Below, in pieces: positions 1-8,344 of a stretch of DNA of 20,405 bases. Source of the stretch: Nitrososphaeria archaeon (GTDB taxonomy: Archaea > Thermoproteota > Nitrososphaeria > JACIWG01); contig JBEKIG010000023.1 in NCBI GenBank assembly GCA_050011875.1, forward strand, positions 1 through 20,405, in the 5' to 3' direction. The notes below the pieces were generated by a model that saw only the letters and a program-made list of their open reading frames with translations, was not told the DNA's origin and did no database searches. The number at the start of each line of letters is the position of its first letter. Positions within the stretch are counted from its first letter, which is position 1. Made by a program: the position numbers and the translations under genes.

Positions 1-74
1 GCATTGAAAGCCTCAACAGGGACTTGGCCAAATTATATGAGATTAAGGAAAAACTGGAACACACACAAACATAA
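1..74 (+). CDS. 3' end of a CDS truncated by the window edge (…IESLNRDLAKLYEIKEKLEHTQT*), helical/coiled-coil-like, unknown function
   Basis: Frame 3 is open from the window start to TAA at 72-74, with an amphipathic charged-helix pattern. Too short to assign. Confidence 0.4.
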   Translation, partial: IESLNRDLAKLYEIKEKLEHTQT

Positions 75-621
75 AAAATCTGAAAACCTTTAAACATATA
101 GAGAAAAAGGGTGCCAAATTAGATGAATAAATAATGTAAATAAAGAGCCTCTTAAGCTCATGATAATTAATAATGCAGACTCAAAGGCCGATCTTTCTCT
201 ATTTGTCAAAGATTAGGTCACTATGGAAAATATTTAACTTCGGGTTGGAGGAAAACTCACTGTTGCGGTTCCTCTGGAGACCAAAGCTCAAAATGGATGG
301 GAGATAAATGGAATAGAGTTGAACATATGCCTGATGAAGATTCATATAGGAAAAAAGTAAGACCAAATAATTGAAAAAATGATTTTGCATGCTAAAATAT
401 CTTTCAACGGTTTAGTACGGTAACTTAACTAGAACGTCTAATGATAATTACCCTTAGAGGATCCAAAATCGCATAAGCCTTCTAAAAGATATTCTGCTTA
501 AACTTTTTTTTATAACGTGCATGTACAAAATATTTGTCTGGGGCATAACTCTGGGCGCTCTCATCGTAATATATTATCATTTGAACAACATCAATCGATT
601 TTTTCCGGTCGAGCCGCTAGG

Positions 622-701
622 TCATACCATAGGGTAATATACTATGGTAAAACCATAGAGTAAACAGAGGGTAAACTGTATGGCATGAAGGTATGGTAAA
701 C
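622..701. repeat. Array of ~6 degenerate 11-13 bp tandem units with GTAA cores, containing nested ACCATAG/CTATGGT inverted repeats
   Basis: GTAA cores at 634, 647, 660, 671, (GCAT 683) and 696. ACCATAG 626-632, CTATGGT 642-648, ACCATAG 652-658. TCATACCATA (622-631) and TATGGCATGA (679-688) form a 9/10 inverted repeat. The array ends 35 bp upstream of the ATG at 737. Confidence 0.7.
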
Positions 702-736
702 GACACACTTAAATTGGTGAGATTGATATTATATCC

Positions 737-1291
737 ATGACAAGGCACAAACCTCCTTCACGTATAAAGTATGAAAAGAACAATCCAATAATTTCAGTAA
801 GATTGACTAGAGGGCTTAAAGATAAGTTAGATAATATTAAAGAGAAAAAATCTTATCATCAGTTAATTGTAGAGGGACTAGAAAAATGTACACAAGTGCC
901 AACGGAAGAGATTTTAAAGGAAAAATATAATGAAGGTTACAAAAAAGGATTATCTGCTGATGTCAAGCAAGCATACTATAAAGGCTTTGAAGATGGTATA
1001 CACGATACCGAAAACGATTTTGAACATTTTAAAGCGCCTTGCGGACTTTGTGGGGAGATGATTACTTTTAGCCCTGAACATGAAGATTGGATTTGGGTAA
1101 AAGAGAAGATACTTAAAACATTTGTAGGTTGGCCCCATAGTGTGGTTAAATGCAAGCGTTTTGAAGGAGAAGACATAAAACTTGCACTAGAGGAGCAGCT
1201 TAGTTATTATGGAAGGTATGAACCAGAATATTCTGCTTTAGTAAGTAAGAAGTTAAATAAATATAGAGAACTTTTTGGAATGGCCCCCTAA
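737..1291 (+). CDS. Hypothetical protein with an N-terminal ribbon-helix-helix (CopG/Arc-like) DNA-binding region, central GxxxG/Yae1-like repeats and a C-terminal Cys/His cluster
   Basis: 184 aa. IISVRLTRGLKDKLDNIK..SYHQLIVEGL fits a beta-strand+helix+helix RHH pattern. Also YNEGYKKG/YYKGFEDG repeats and PCGLCG...WPHSVVKC. AT-rich context. Confidence 0.7.
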   Translation: MTRHKPPSRIKYEKNNPIISVRLTRGLKDKLDNIKEKKSYHQLIVEGLEKCTQVPTEEILKEKYNEGYKKGLSADVKQAYYKGFEDGIHDTENDFEHFKAPCGLCGEMITFSPEHEDWIWVKEKILKTFVGWPHSVVKCKRFEGEDIKLALEEQLSYYGRYEPEYSALVSKKLNKYRELFGMAP

Positions 1292-1544
1292 AGATCTTTC
1301 CATATTGCTTCCTTTAGAGAGGCTCTTATCAGATGTACCTTTAATTCATCTCTTTTATCCTATTTAGAATACTTAACTTATATGCAACTATTATCTTAAG
1401 AGGGAGGGATAGACAAATCTAGGATACTAATTTGAGTTCTTTTCGGTAGGTATCACGTGATGTCGCAAGAAGTTACAAAATTTTCAACTGAGCGCATAAG
1501 TTTAAAACACGCGCGGAAATAGCCAATGTTGAGTAGTATATCGA

Positions 1545-1964
1545 ATGTCAGCTATAGCGACAAAAAAATTTGCTGAAGAATTGGCGGGTTTGGTTGGCAA
1601 AAAAGTTATAATTGAAACCATGGACGGAACAAAGTACAATGGCGATCTCTCAGGAATAAGCGAAAATCTTAATGTGATACTAAGTAATATTGTAGGCGGA
1701 AATAATGTTAACAAACTGGTTATCAACGGCAATTTTGTTAAGAGAATAGAATTGACTGAAAAGCTGTTTGATTTGAGGGCATTGGCTGTAAAGCTTGAGA
1801 AGATCTTTCCTAATAATGTCAGGTTAATGGAGGAGCTGGGAGCAATCATGGTAATGGATAAGATAAAGGTGACGGAAAAGGGCGTGGAAGGGACAGGCCT
1901 TGCAACGATTAGGGTAAGAGAAATCTACGAAGACTATTTAAGAGAAACCGCGAAAAGACAATGA
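1545..1964 (+). CDS. Lsm/Sm-like RNA-binding protein, SmAP3 type (Sm fold plus C-terminal domain)
   Basis: Sm1 motif VGKKVIIETMDGTKYNGDLSGISENLNVILSN and Sm2 motif LVINGNFVKRI. The 139 aa length with a C-terminal extension is typical of crenarchaeal-type SmAP3. Lies 4 bp upstream of tgtA. TTTAAAA TATA-like box at 1501-1507. Confidence 0.88.
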   Translation: MSAIATKKFAEELAGLVGKKVIIETMDGTKYNGDLSGISENLNVILSNIVGGNNVNKLVINGNFVKRIELTEKLFDLRALAVKLEKIFPNNVRLMEELGAIMVMDKIKVTEKGVEGTGLATIRVREIYEDYLRETAKRQ

Positions 1965-1968
1965 TATT

Positions 1969-3537
1969 ATGCCGACCTTTGAGGTAAGGAAGACTGACCT
2001 AGCGGGTAGAATAGCTATTCTGAAAACGAGAAATGGCACATTAGAAACGCCTGCCATACTACCTGTGATCCACCCTTTCAATCAGATTATAAAACCAAAT
2101 GATATGAAGGAAATGGGATTCAACGCGTTAATGACAAATTCATACCTTATGCTAAAGAAGAATAAGGCAACGGGACAATCTTTCGAAGTTCACACGCTCC
2201 TAAACTTTGAGAAAACTATTATGACCGACTCGGGCGCATACCAGCTTCTTGAATACGGGGAAGTCGAGGCTACGCCTGAAGAGATAGTAAATTTTGAGAA
2301 ATCAATAGGAAGCGACATCGGTGTTATACTGGACACGCCAACCGGCATTACAAGAGATAAAAGAAAAGCCGAGGATACGGTTAATCGGACAATTGAGGCA
2401 GCTAGAAGATCAGTCCCCCTCTTTGAGAGAGACAAGACCCTTTGGACAGGGCCAATTCAAGGAGGAATCTTTTACGATCTTATAGAACGAAGTGCGAAGG
2501 AGATGTCTAAATTTGATTTTGACATCTATGCCCTTGGTAGTCCAACTCAGATAATGGAGCAGTACGATTTTGAAGACCTGGTTCGAATGATAGTAGCCGC
2601 TAAAAATAACATACTTATCGATAAACCATTGCATCTGTTTGGCGCCGGTCATCCTTTAACCCTACCAATTGCAGTGGCACTTGGATGCGATCTATTCGAT
2701 TCCGCTTCGTATATACTTTATGCAAAAAGAGGGGCCTATATAACTGAATATGGTACAAGGTATTTAGAAGACATGGAATATTTGCCATGTGAATGCCGAG
2801 TCTGCAGCGGGCATAGCTGTAAAGAAATTTTAGAAAGCGAAGAAAAAGTCAGACTTTTAGCTCTACACAACCTCTACGCCTTATCAAAAGAAGTTAGGAG
2901 CATAAAACAGGCTATTTCAGATGGAAGGCTATGGGAATATGTCGCGGTTAAGAGTAGATCGCATCCGAGGACCTGGACCGCATTCAATCTCTTCAAAGAT
3001 CTCAGCGATTACTTTAAACATGGCACACCGCTTTTCAAGAACCGGGGATTATACCTCTGCGGAACACCGGACCAGTTTAGACCCGAGTCTACTCAGAGTT
3101 TTGAACGAATCATTAAACATATCAAGATTAATAAAAAGTTCCTAGTTCTATATTTATCAACATCAAACGATCACTCTTTCCTTTACAGTTTAAGAAATGT
3201 GGTTGAACGCAAGATTGGTTCAGGAGTAGACGATATAGAGTTCTGTGCCGGAGTATTCCCGATCGGCATTGTACCCATAGAATTATGTGATATATACCCA
3301 TTCTCACAATATGAGATATCTCTTCCATTAGACGCTGAAATGAGAAATGAAGCAATCAGAAAGTTTAAGAGATTCCTTTCAAATTACAAGTTCAAAAAGG
3401 CAATTCTCGTGGACCATTCAAATGGAAAATATGACGACATCGTAGAGTGGTTCTGTAGGGAAAGAAGCATCGTAAAAAAGAAGGTAGTAAGTGAAAGGAG
3501 AACGGATGATATTATCAGGGAGATGGAAGGCTTATGA
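1969..3537 (+). CDS. tgtA: Archaeosine tRNA-guanine(15) transglycosylase (7-cyano-7-deazaguanine tRNA-ribosyltransferase), without an obvious C-terminal PUA domain
   Basis: TDSGAYQL, GPIQGG, HLFGAGHP, GCDLFDSASY and the zinc site CECRVC...LALHNL. Confidence 0.95.
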   Translation: MPTFEVRKTDLAGRIAILKTRNGTLETPAILPVIHPFNQIIKPNDMKEMGFNALMTNSYLMLKKNKATGQSFEVHTLLNFEKTIMTDSGAYQLLEYGEVEATPEEIVNFEKSIGSDIGVILDTPTGITRDKRKAEDTVNRTIEAARRSVPLFERDKTLWTGPIQGGIFYDLIERSAKEMSKFDFDIYALGSPTQIMEQYDFEDLVRMIVAAKNNILIDKPLHLFGAGHPLTLPIAVALGCDLFDSASYILYAKRGAYITEYGTRYLEDMEYLPCECRVCSGHSCKEILESEEKVRLLALHNLYALSKEVRSIKQAISDGRLWEYVAVKSRSHPRTWTAFNLFKDLSDYFKHGTPLFKNRGLYLCGTPDQFRPESTQSFERIIKHIKINKKFLVLYLSTSNDHSFLYSLRNVVERKIGSGVDDIEFCAGVFPIGIVPIELCDIYPFSQYEISLPLDAEMRNEAIRKFKRFLSNYKFKKAILVDHSNGKYDDIVEWFCRERSIVKKKVVSERRTDDIIREMEGL

Positions 3538-4242
3538 GTAGAACGAACCTAAAGCTTTGCCAGCTCCTTCTTCGCCTACAGACGGCTTAGCTAGCTCTTC
3601 TTCTATCGCTTCTGCGCCCTCTATCAGAGGCTTTAAGTCAACCTTTATACCAGAAATTTTTTCTAGAACGATCAGAGCTTCAGCGCATGCTCTTGGATCT
3701 AGGCGATTCTGCGCGGCGAAAGATAAGACTGAGAGTGCAGGAAACCCGACTGCTTCAAAATGGTTTAACAATATCGCGATTGGTCCAACTATTAGACGAT
3801 CATCTTCGAGAAGAAGTGAGTCTTTCAGAGACTTCGGTACGGTTAAATTGCTTGTATGAACGATTCTGTGAGTCGTATCATCGGTTTTTAAAGTCGAATC
3901 GAGTCCTCCTATCAAAAAAGCTTCTTTGAACTTCGAGGAAACAATCCAGTCAGCCAATTGCATGTAAAACGTATATTCCCTTTCTCTGGGAGGGGAAACC
4001 TCTGCTTTGAAAAAAACAAAATTTTCCTTACGATAAAGCTCGAATGGGGTTACAATTTTGTCCCCGTGCGAAGTACATATAGGAGGAGAAAAGGCGCTCT
4101 CGACAAAGCCTACCCGTTCTGCCTTGAGCTGCTGTATGAGGAACTTTACACTCCAATAGCCGGCAAAACCTATGCCATGGAAACCAGTTATAAGTGAGCA
4201 TCCCCGAAATTTTTCTTTACCTGAATAGACTTTGATTACCAT
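3532..4242 (-). CDS. PAC2-family proteasome assembly chaperone (PbaA/PbaB-like)
   Basis: LITGFHGIGFAG, FLIGGL, IVGPIAILL and DPRA motifs. C-terminal HbYX tripeptide F-Y-S. Confidence 0.9.
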   Translation of the reverse strand: MVIKVYSGKEKFRGCSLITGFHGIGFAGYWSVKFLIQQLKAERVGFVESAFSPPICTSHGDKIVTPFELYRKENFVFFKAEVSPPREREYTFYMQLADWIVSSKFKEAFLIGGLDSTLKTDDTTHRIVHTSNLTVPKSLKDSLLLEDDRLIVGPIAILLNHFEAVGFPALSVLSFAAQNRLDPRACAEALIVLEKISGIKVDLKPLIEGAEAIEEELAKPSVGEEGAGKALGSFYS

Positions 4243-4305
4243 CGCAAGGGAAATGGTTAAAGATGTATAAAATGATGTCTATGTCGATAAAGGTATAATA
4301 AATAA

Positions 4306-5565
4306 ATGCGGTTAAAGTTCTTAGGGGGTACTCGACAGGTTGGCAGATCGGGTGTCCTGTTAAATGGGGAAAAAACAAGTTTTTTACTGGACTATGGAGT
4401 GATGCTCTCTAGAGAAGAGCCGGGCTTTCCGATGCACGTTAAGCCAAAGGAATTAAGTGGGGTTATCCTTACACACGCTCATTTGGACCACTCTGGTGCA
4501 ATACCACTACTTTATGTCGATGACGGTATTCCATTAATTACTTCAAATCTGACTTATGAGCTTTCAGAGCTTCTTATAGAAGATTTTATAGGCCTTTCTG
4601 GTTTCTATTTACCATATGAGTACATAGACCTGTTAAGCATGCGGAAACACTTGAATAGAATATCATTCAATAAAGCCATCACCATAAAAGACTCCACAAT
4701 CGAATTCAAAGAAGGTGGCCATCTTCCAGGAGCTGGAATGGCTCTTGTTGGAATAGACGGAAAAAAGGTACTTTATACAGGGGACATAAATGCCAGAAAA
4801 ACAAGCTTACTCAGAGGGGCTGACATAGAACTCGGAGAACTTGATGTGCTGATCACGGAAAGCACTTACGCTCTTCAGGAGCATCCAAACAGGGAAAAGG
4901 TTGAAAAGAGCTTCGTTGAATACGCCCGTTCAATCATAGAAGGGGAGGGGACACTTCTGATACCTGCTTTCGCAGTTGGTAGAGCGCAGGAAATTGCGAT
5001 GGTATTATATAAAGAGAAGTTCGGTTACGATGTGTATATGGACGGTATGGCTCTGAAAACAAATGAAATTCTGTTGAGAAATGGCGAATACGTCAGGGAC
5101 ATACATGAGCTTTCAAAGACACTAAATTGGGTAAAAAGGGTTGAGGGATGGAGGGACAGGAAAAAGATAGTCAGAGAAAGATGCGCTATAATATCCCCAG
5201 CCGGCATGCTTGTTGGTGGAGCAGCGGCTTTCTACAGTGAAAGAGTTAGCGAAAATCCGAAGAATGGCATATCATTTGTATCATATCAGGTTAGAGGAAC
5301 ACCTGGAAGACAGATCCTCGAAAGTAAGGTAGCACTGATCAATGGCAAGCCACAGAAGATCAAAGCGGATATCAGGAACTTTAACTTCTCATCACACAGT
5401 GGCAGGAGTGAGCTGTTCGATATGCTTAAGAGAGTAAAAGGGAACCCCAAAGTGTTCACAATGCACGGTGAAGAAGAGAACTGTATCGGCTTTGCAAAAG
5501 ATATAAAAGAGAAGTTTGGGCTAGATGCCATCGCACCCAAAACAGGCGGAGAATATGAACTCTAG
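4306..5565 (+). CDS. Metallo-beta-lactamase/beta-CASP ribonuclease (aCPSF2-like, no KH domains)
   Basis: FLGGTRQVGRS, THAHLDH, GHLPG, YTGDIN, ESTY, IPAFAVGRAQE, FSSHSG and MHGE; 419 aa. Confidence 0.92.
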   Translation: MRLKFLGGTRQVGRSGVLLNGEKTSFLLDYGVMLSREEPGFPMHVKPKELSGVILTHAHLDHSGAIPLLYVDDGIPLITSNLTYELSELLIEDFIGLSGFYLPYEYIDLLSMRKHLNRISFNKAITIKDSTIEFKEGGHLPGAGMALVGIDGKKVLYTGDINARKTSLLRGADIELGELDVLITESTYALQEHPNREKVEKSFVEYARSIIEGEGTLLIPAFAVGRAQEIAMVLYKEKFGYDVYMDGMALKTNEILLRNGEYVRDIHELSKTLNWVKRVEGWRDRKKIVRERCAIISPAGMLVGGAAAFYSERVSENPKNGISFVSYQVRGTPGRQILESKVALINGKPQKIKADIRNFNFSSHSGRSELFDMLKRVKGNPKVFTMHGEEENCIGFAKDIKEKFGLDAIAPKTGGEYEL

Positions 5566-6100
5566 AGAAAAAATAGCCCTCTATCCGGTTTATAACATGG
5601 ACTCCTACAAGTATATTACACAGGTCGAAGCAGCTGTTAGATTCTACGATAAAGAACCGGATGTTTCACTAGAAGCCATACCTCTTTCAGCCCAAGAATA
5701 TGATAGTGCAAGGAGACAGTATAAGGCAGACTTGATCATTGAGAGGATAGCAACCAAACGGGATGTGGATAGAAAGGGGAAGGTGCTGGGTTTGACGAAT
5801 GTAGATATCTCAATGCCCAAAATGAACTTTGTGTACGGTGTAACCAACACCGTTAAGAAAGCTGCTGTTCTGTCTTTTGCAAGACTAGCAGTTCTGCCCG
5901 GTGGAGTGCACCTAGGTTTGAAAACAGTCGAAGAAAGGGTCTTTAAAGAAAGCGCCCACGAGGTCGGACACCTCCTCGGACTTACACACTGCTTTGAGCC
6001 AACATGTATAATGTCATTTGCGAATTCGATCAAAGAAGTCGACGATAAGCTTCCAATCCTCTGTAACGCGTGCAGTGAAAAATTAAAAAACCGAAGGTGA
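5555..6100 (+). CDS. amzA: Archaemetzincin (M54 zinc metalloprotease)
   Basis: HEVGHLLGLTHC (HExxHxxGxxH), the CIM Met-turn and the CNAC Cys motif. Start moved to ATG 5555, which has GGCGGAG upstream and overlaps the end of the MBL gene; the ORF track starts at 5525. Confidence 0.92.
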   Translation: MNSREKIALYPVYNMDSYKYITQVEAAVRFYDKEPDVSLEAIPLSAQEYDSARRQYKADLIIERIATKRDVDRKGKVLGLTNVDISMPKMNFVYGVTNTVKKAAVLSFARLAVLPGGVHLGLKTVEERVFKESAHEVGHLLGLTHCFEPTCIMSFANSIKEVDDKLPILCNACSEKLKNRR

Positions 6101-6127
6101 ATTCTTTTAAAGACTTACTACCAACTT

Positions 6128-6922
6128 GTGCTTCTTGTTCTATTATCAGAATTCTTAACCCTATTACTGCTATCATTAAGCAGTAGAATCTTAACAGGAC
6201 CCTTGATCCCCGAAACCTCAAACCTTTTTGTTGCCGCAGGCAATACTCTCTACCTAGTCCTAGTTTCATTAATGTTTTCATTCCTGTTTGTCTGGATCAT
6301 TAGAAAGAAAGCTATAAAATTATATTACTTTATTTCTGGCCTGAAAGGTGTACTATGTGGAGCTCTTTTTTGGGTAACTACTTTATTGGTCGCCAATGAA
6401 GTAACCGACTTTCAGGATTATGCAATTATACTTCTTAGCTTCACGATAATGATAATAGTTGGTGTATCATCAATAAAAAACTTGACGGCGATTTCAACAC
6501 CCTTCTCTATCTGGATGAGCGGAGCCAGCGCATTTCTCATCAAAGTAATGTTCTCGGATATAGCTATCGGAATACTTTTAGTCGGGTTCTCCCTCTTTGA
6601 CATCTACGACGTTTTCAAAGGACCCCTTAAGCATCTAGCGCAAACTTCTCAGGATAGAGCTGTATCTCCACTTCTTGTCAAAGTTGGAACTATTGAAATC
6701 GGCCTAGGGGACCTCCTTTTTTATTCGCTTTCGGTAGGATTAGCGTACAGCGTTGGAGGTCTTTTAGTCGCAATCCTCTCCATTATTACAATAAAAGCCG
6801 GAATGTGGATTACTTTGAAGCTTCTTGAGAAGAAGCCGATGCTGCCTGGGCTTCCGGTGCCGGTTTTACTTTCCGTCTTCGTGACTTTTTTGTCTTCGTT
6901 TCTAATTCGGGTCTTTCATTAA
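6128..6922 (+). CDS. Presenilin/signal-peptide-peptidase-like GxGD intramembrane aspartyl protease (A22)
   Basis: Multiple TM segments, LFDIYDV (first catalytic Asp), IGLGDLLFY (GxGD) and LPGLPVP (PAL-type motif). The start is uncertain; the frame is open from 6101. Confidence 0.88.
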   Translation: MLLVLLSEFLTLLLLSLSSRILTGPLIPETSNLFVAAGNTLYLVLVSLMFSFLFVWIIRKKAIKLYYFISGLKGVLCGALFWVTTLLVANEVTDFQDYAIILLSFTIMIIVGVSSIKNLTAISTPFSIWMSGASAFLIKVMFSDIAIGILLVGFSLFDIYDVFKGPLKHLAQTSQDRAVSPLLVKVGTIEIGLGDLLFYSLSVGLAYSVGGLLVAILSIITIKAGMWITLKLLEKKPMLPGLPVPVLLSVFVTFLSSFLIRVFH

Positions 6923-7112
6923 TCTCTTCAACCTTACCCTTGAAATTTGAAAGAAACTTTTCAATGGCGTCGAATGGTATCTTGCAAGTATATAGTACTG
7001 GCCCTACTCTAGCCTTAACCTTTGCAGACTCATCGCTCCAAACAACAGTGATCTGCCCCACATTCGAAACAAGTCTACTAAAATCTTTAACGTCCTGCAT
7101 TTCTTTTGGCAT
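6810..7112 (-). CDS. rpl38e: Divergent ribosomal protein eL38 (L38e) homolog with a 35-aa C-terminal extension
   Basis: MPKEMQDVKDF...AKVKARVGPVLYTCKI matches the eL38 pattern MPKxIxDxKxF...VKxKxRxxxxLYTL. It has its own TATA (7141-7150) and a GGTGG SD-like sequence. Confidence 0.72.
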   Translation of the reverse strand: MPKEMQDVKDFSRLVSNVGQITVVWSDESAKVKARVGPVLYTCKIPFDAIEKFLSNFKGKVEEINERPELETKTKKSRRRKVKPAPEAQAASASSQEASK

Positions 7113-7140
7113 ACCTTATCCACCTAAACCTTGCCTACCT

Positions 7141-7150
7141 GTTTATAAAA
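7141..7150 (-). promoter_or_regulatory. TATA box of the eL38-like gene
   Basis: Minus-strand TTTTATAAAC about 30-38 bp upstream of the ATG at 7112. Confidence 0.55.
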
Positions 7151-7159
7151 CGTTTAGGG

Positions 7160-7714
7160 TTACGGAAGAAGGACTGCAGCAGAAATCACGGTCGTCCAAT
7201 AACCATCTTTGTTGTTGCCTTCAGCCGATTGTGTGACGTTCGATGTTTTAACTATCTTACCTGATATAAGCCACTGTTCCTTTTGAACATCGTAGCTCTT
7301 GTCGGGGTTGAATTCAAGACCCAATGTTGACGCAAGCATGTATGCAGCGAGGTCTTCGGCGTATTCACCGCTTTTTTCACCAGTCATGCCAAATGAGTGG
7401 AATTCAGAAAGATAGCCGTACAGCTTCTTATCGTTTGGGATAGCAGAGCCCACAGAAGCTGAAATAAGGCGGTTGGGCTCGTTAGTCTCGTTTCTACTGA
7501 TCACGACGAAGATTATTTGGCCTGGCGATATGTACTTTAATCCTTCATTTTTAGAAACCCTCCTAGCCTTAGGAGGTATTATACTGGACACCGAAACCAG
7601 GTTACATTGCTGAATACCTGCATCACGTAAAGCAAGCTCAAAACTTGCGAGCCTATCTCTGTGTACGCCAACTCCATTTGTCAAAAAATACTTTGTCGGA
7701 ATAAATGTTGACAT
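7160..7714 (-). CDS. pdaD: Pyruvoyl-dependent arginine decarboxylase
   Basis: [25 protein letters not shown] (Ser-Ser self-cleavage site), YGYLSEFH and [21 protein letters not shown] at 7743-7750 on the minus strand. Confidence 0.93.
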   Translation of the reverse strand: MSTFIPTKYFLTNGVGVHRDRLASFELALRDAGIQQCNLVSVSSIIPPKARRVSKNEGLKYISPGQIIFVVISRNETNEPNRLISASVGSAIPNDKKLYGYLSEFHSFGMTGEKSGEYAEDLAAYMLASTLGLEFNPDKSYDVQKEQWLISGKIVKTSNVTQSAEGNNKDGYWTTVISAAVLLP

Positions 7715-7760
7715 TTCCCTGTTTTGAGATAAAAAATTGGCGTATTTAAATGTAATGTGT

Positions 7761-7796
7761 AAAAAAAATCTAACTAGAAAAAAGAAAAAAAGGAAA
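7761..7796 (-). terminator. Oligo-U terminator tracts downstream of the VOC gene
   Basis: Minus-strand TTTCCTTTTTTTCTTTTTT begins about 10 nt after the stop at 7807, followed by a second T8 tract. Confidence 0.55.
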
Positions 7797-7806
7797 TTAC
7801 GCTATA

Positions 7807-8148
7807 TTATGGGCTTCCTTCCATCAGCCAAAAAACGTTTCCATCGAGATCGTCTATCTTAGCATAGGTGCCCCATTCTTCCTTAGTTACATCTTTACTG
7901 AATTTCACCTTCTTACTCTTGAGCATTTTGGATACCTTTGAGATGTCATCGCAGTAGAAAGCTATCCCTGTATTACCTGGCTCGAGTTCACCTTGGCAAA
8001 GATGCAATTTCGAAGTACAACCCCTTGGCCATACTGTAATCCAATGTTCTTCGATGGAGGAATTGAAGCCTAATTTCTCCTTGAACCATTGAGCGGATTT
8101 CTTTGCATCCGAAACCATTACCGCAACACTAAGATTTTTCTTTATCAC
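7807..8148 (-). CDS. VOC/glyoxalase/bleomycin-resistance family protein
   Basis: VAVMVSDAKKSAQWFKEKLGF, GIAFYCDDI and EEWGTYAKIDDLDGNVFWLME. GTG start preceded by a GGTGA SD. Confidence 0.9.
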   Translation of the reverse strand: MIKKNLSVAVMVSDAKKSAQWFKEKLGFNSSIEEHWITVWPRGCTSKLHLCQGELEPGNTGIAFYCDDISKVSKMLKSKKVKFSKDVTKEEWGTYAKIDDLDGNVFWLMEGSP

Positions 8149-8344
8149 GATTTATCACCATAAGTAATATTCTTTAAGGTATCTTATATCTTTTATCTAA
8201 TTACTTTTTAAAATGTTAAAAGGTTGAAATCAAAAATATTTTAGAAATGAATCAAATGAGAAGAAAAATTAAGGGGACAGTATAGACAATCTAACAAAAA
8301 AATAGATTTAAAGGGTTTTAGGAATCCAAATCACGAAAAAAGCT

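Noticed and set aside
622-701. Repeat array as a CRISPR array
   Set aside because: Units are 11-13 bp, degenerate and lack unique spacers. No cas genes are in the window.
1452-1461. Perfect palindrome ATCACGTGAT upstream of the lsm promoter
   Set aside because: It is a single 10-bp palindrome, expected by chance in 20 kb, and lacks the 5-bp spacer of the TATCAC-N5-GTGATA TrmBL1/Tgr motif.
3532-3537. Convergent 6-bp overlap of the tgtA and PAC2 stops
   Set aside because: Ordinary for compact archaeal genomes.
8141-8158. TTTATCAC direct repeat at the VOC start
   Set aside because: Explained by the GGTGA SD and the GTG-ATA-AAG start codons.
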